Shown here in pieces: positions 37,512 to 38,482 of a stretch of DNA of 38,482 bases (its first letter is position 1; every line of letters begins with the position of its first letter). The notes beneath the pieces were generated by a model, which was given only the letters and a program-made list of their open reading frames with translations, was not told the DNA's origin and ran no database searches. The translations under genes were made by a program, and so were the position numbers. Source of the stretch: Methanoregula sp. Its GTDB lineage: Archaea; Halobacteriota; Methanomicrobia; Methanomicrobiales; Methanospirillaceae. The DNA is taken from positions 1 to 38,482 of the forward strand of contig JBDKTL010000011.1 of assembly GCA_039698055.1 (NCBI GenBank), in the 5' to 3' direction.

Positions 37512-37964
37512 TTACACATAGACAATGGGGTTTGGAAAGAGTCCATTATTGTAATTAATATAAGCATAATTCAGACAGTTTTGCCTAAAATATTTTGTAT
37601 CATTATACCATTTTGTATTAAAAGTTAAATTGCCGTCACTTGAGTTGTAATAACCGTGCTCGACTGCACACCAAGGATCATAATATTTCCAATCACCATT
37701 TATGTTAACTTCGACCCATTGATGCCCAACGGTTTGAACCGTTCTTGATTCAATTCCGGATTGCCTTGCCATATATGAAAATAAATTTGAGAGTTCTTGA
37801 CAGGCTCCAACCTTATTGTAAGCGATCCAATATGGATCATCTCCATAAAAAGTTCCATTTGGGGTTTGTTGACGAAAAAATGTATAATCAAAATCAGGAT
37901 CCGCTCTAATTTTTTTAGGATCATTCTTGTAGCTGAAGTAATTCAGAGAATTATTAAAATAATT
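37512..37964 (-). pseudogene. 3' part of an AT-rich transglutaminase-like gene interrupted by an IS
   Basis: frame is open without a start from the IS end: ...DPYWIAYNKVGACQELSNLFSYMARQSGIESRTVQTVGHQWVEVNINGDWKYYDPW... (Cys-His-Asp triad). Confidence 0.8.
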
Positions 37965-38482
37965 GCTCTGTAGAAAACCTCAACGATGAGAGAAAGTAAG
38001 AACCTATGAATGTTACAGACACTCATTTTGTTAGCGATTTCTTTCATCTGAATCAGGAATCTTCTCGCTTTGAGATCCCCGTTGAACTTTCTTTTCAGAA
38101 CAGAGAATTTATTTTCCACGAGTTGTCGTCTTGGATAAATAATGTCATTGAACTGTTGAGCCATTTCCTGACGGTATTTACCCCCAATGATTTCATTCTT
38201 CCAGGAGCGAATAGGAATAACAGAATTGGCATGAAGGTCTTCCCGTATCAGTCGATGAATCGCTTCAGAATCGTATCCTTTATCCATGACGTAACAATCG
38301 GACTTTCGGGTTTTGTGACATTGTCGGAGTAATTTCACTGCATGTCGGGTATCGTGAACCCTGCTGTTGGAGGCTACGAATCCAGTAATCACCTGTTGCT
38401 CGGTATCAACGGAGATCGAAGTTTTCAGGAAATGTTTTCGGATTTTACCGGTTCGTTCTGAAAAATAATGGCTGCAGTACCC
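37943..38482 (-). CDS. IS5-family DDE transposase (5' partial)
   Basis: frame open to the window edge ([27 protein letters not shown]...), [12 protein letters not shown]...E...S.LKR. Confidence 0.9.
   Translation of the reverse strand, partial: GYCSHYFSERTGKIRKHFLKTSISVDTEQQVITGFVASNSRVHDTRHAVKLLRQCHKTRKSDCYVMDKGYDSEAIHRLIREDLHANSVIPIRSWKNEIIGGKYRQEMAQQFNDIIYPRRQLVENKFSVLKRKFNGDLKARRFLIQMKEIANKMSVCNIHRFLLSLIVEVFYRAIILIIL
37965..38482 (-). mobile_element. IS5-family insertion sequence, right part (continues beyond the window)
   Basis: probable terminal repeat GAGGTTTTCTACAGAGC at 37965-37981, where the transglutaminase frame breaks. Confidence 0.8.

Noticed and set aside
36896-37558. 220-aa plus-strand ORF
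   Set aside because: Antisense to rpl11

Overview
Archaeal chromosomal segment, most consistent with a hydrogenotrophic methanogen of the Methanomicrobiales (Methanoregula-like; inferred from gene content and protein style). It is mostly conserved core. On the minus strand is the superoperon tRNA-Ser(GCT)-rps13-rps4-rps11-rpoD-rpl18e-rpl13-rps9-rpoN-tRNA-Pro(CGG)-rpoK-eno-rps2-MEMO1-mvk-ipk-fni-rnj-idsA-gltX. Next come an S-layer-like lipoprotein, a ~670-bp non-coding region holding three copies of a 20-bp motif in mixed orientation, and five tandem CBS-domain genes divergent from an ArvA/OapA GTPase plus ArvC/OapC pair that lacks arvB. These are followed by a stand-alone HEPN-like gene, rps15-DHH-pcc1-rps3ae, apgM-bactofilin-like-methyltransferase, an HTH-HTH-ASH-Ski2 operon divergent from hypF, two orphan genes and rpl11-rpl1-rpl10-rpl12. 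At the right edge is an AT-rich transglutaminase-like gene cut by an IS5-family element. The most interesting signals are non-coding or orphan: the S15 and L1 leader RNAs, a hairpin and a palindromic operator in the CBS operon, an operator in the hypF/HTH divergon, the 20-bp repeat cluster, the HEPN-like protein and a coiled-coil plus RFX/D5-type winged-helix protein. I cannot demonstrate a clearly new multi-gene system from sequence alone. The regulated five-CBS operon and the repeat cluster are the best candidates.
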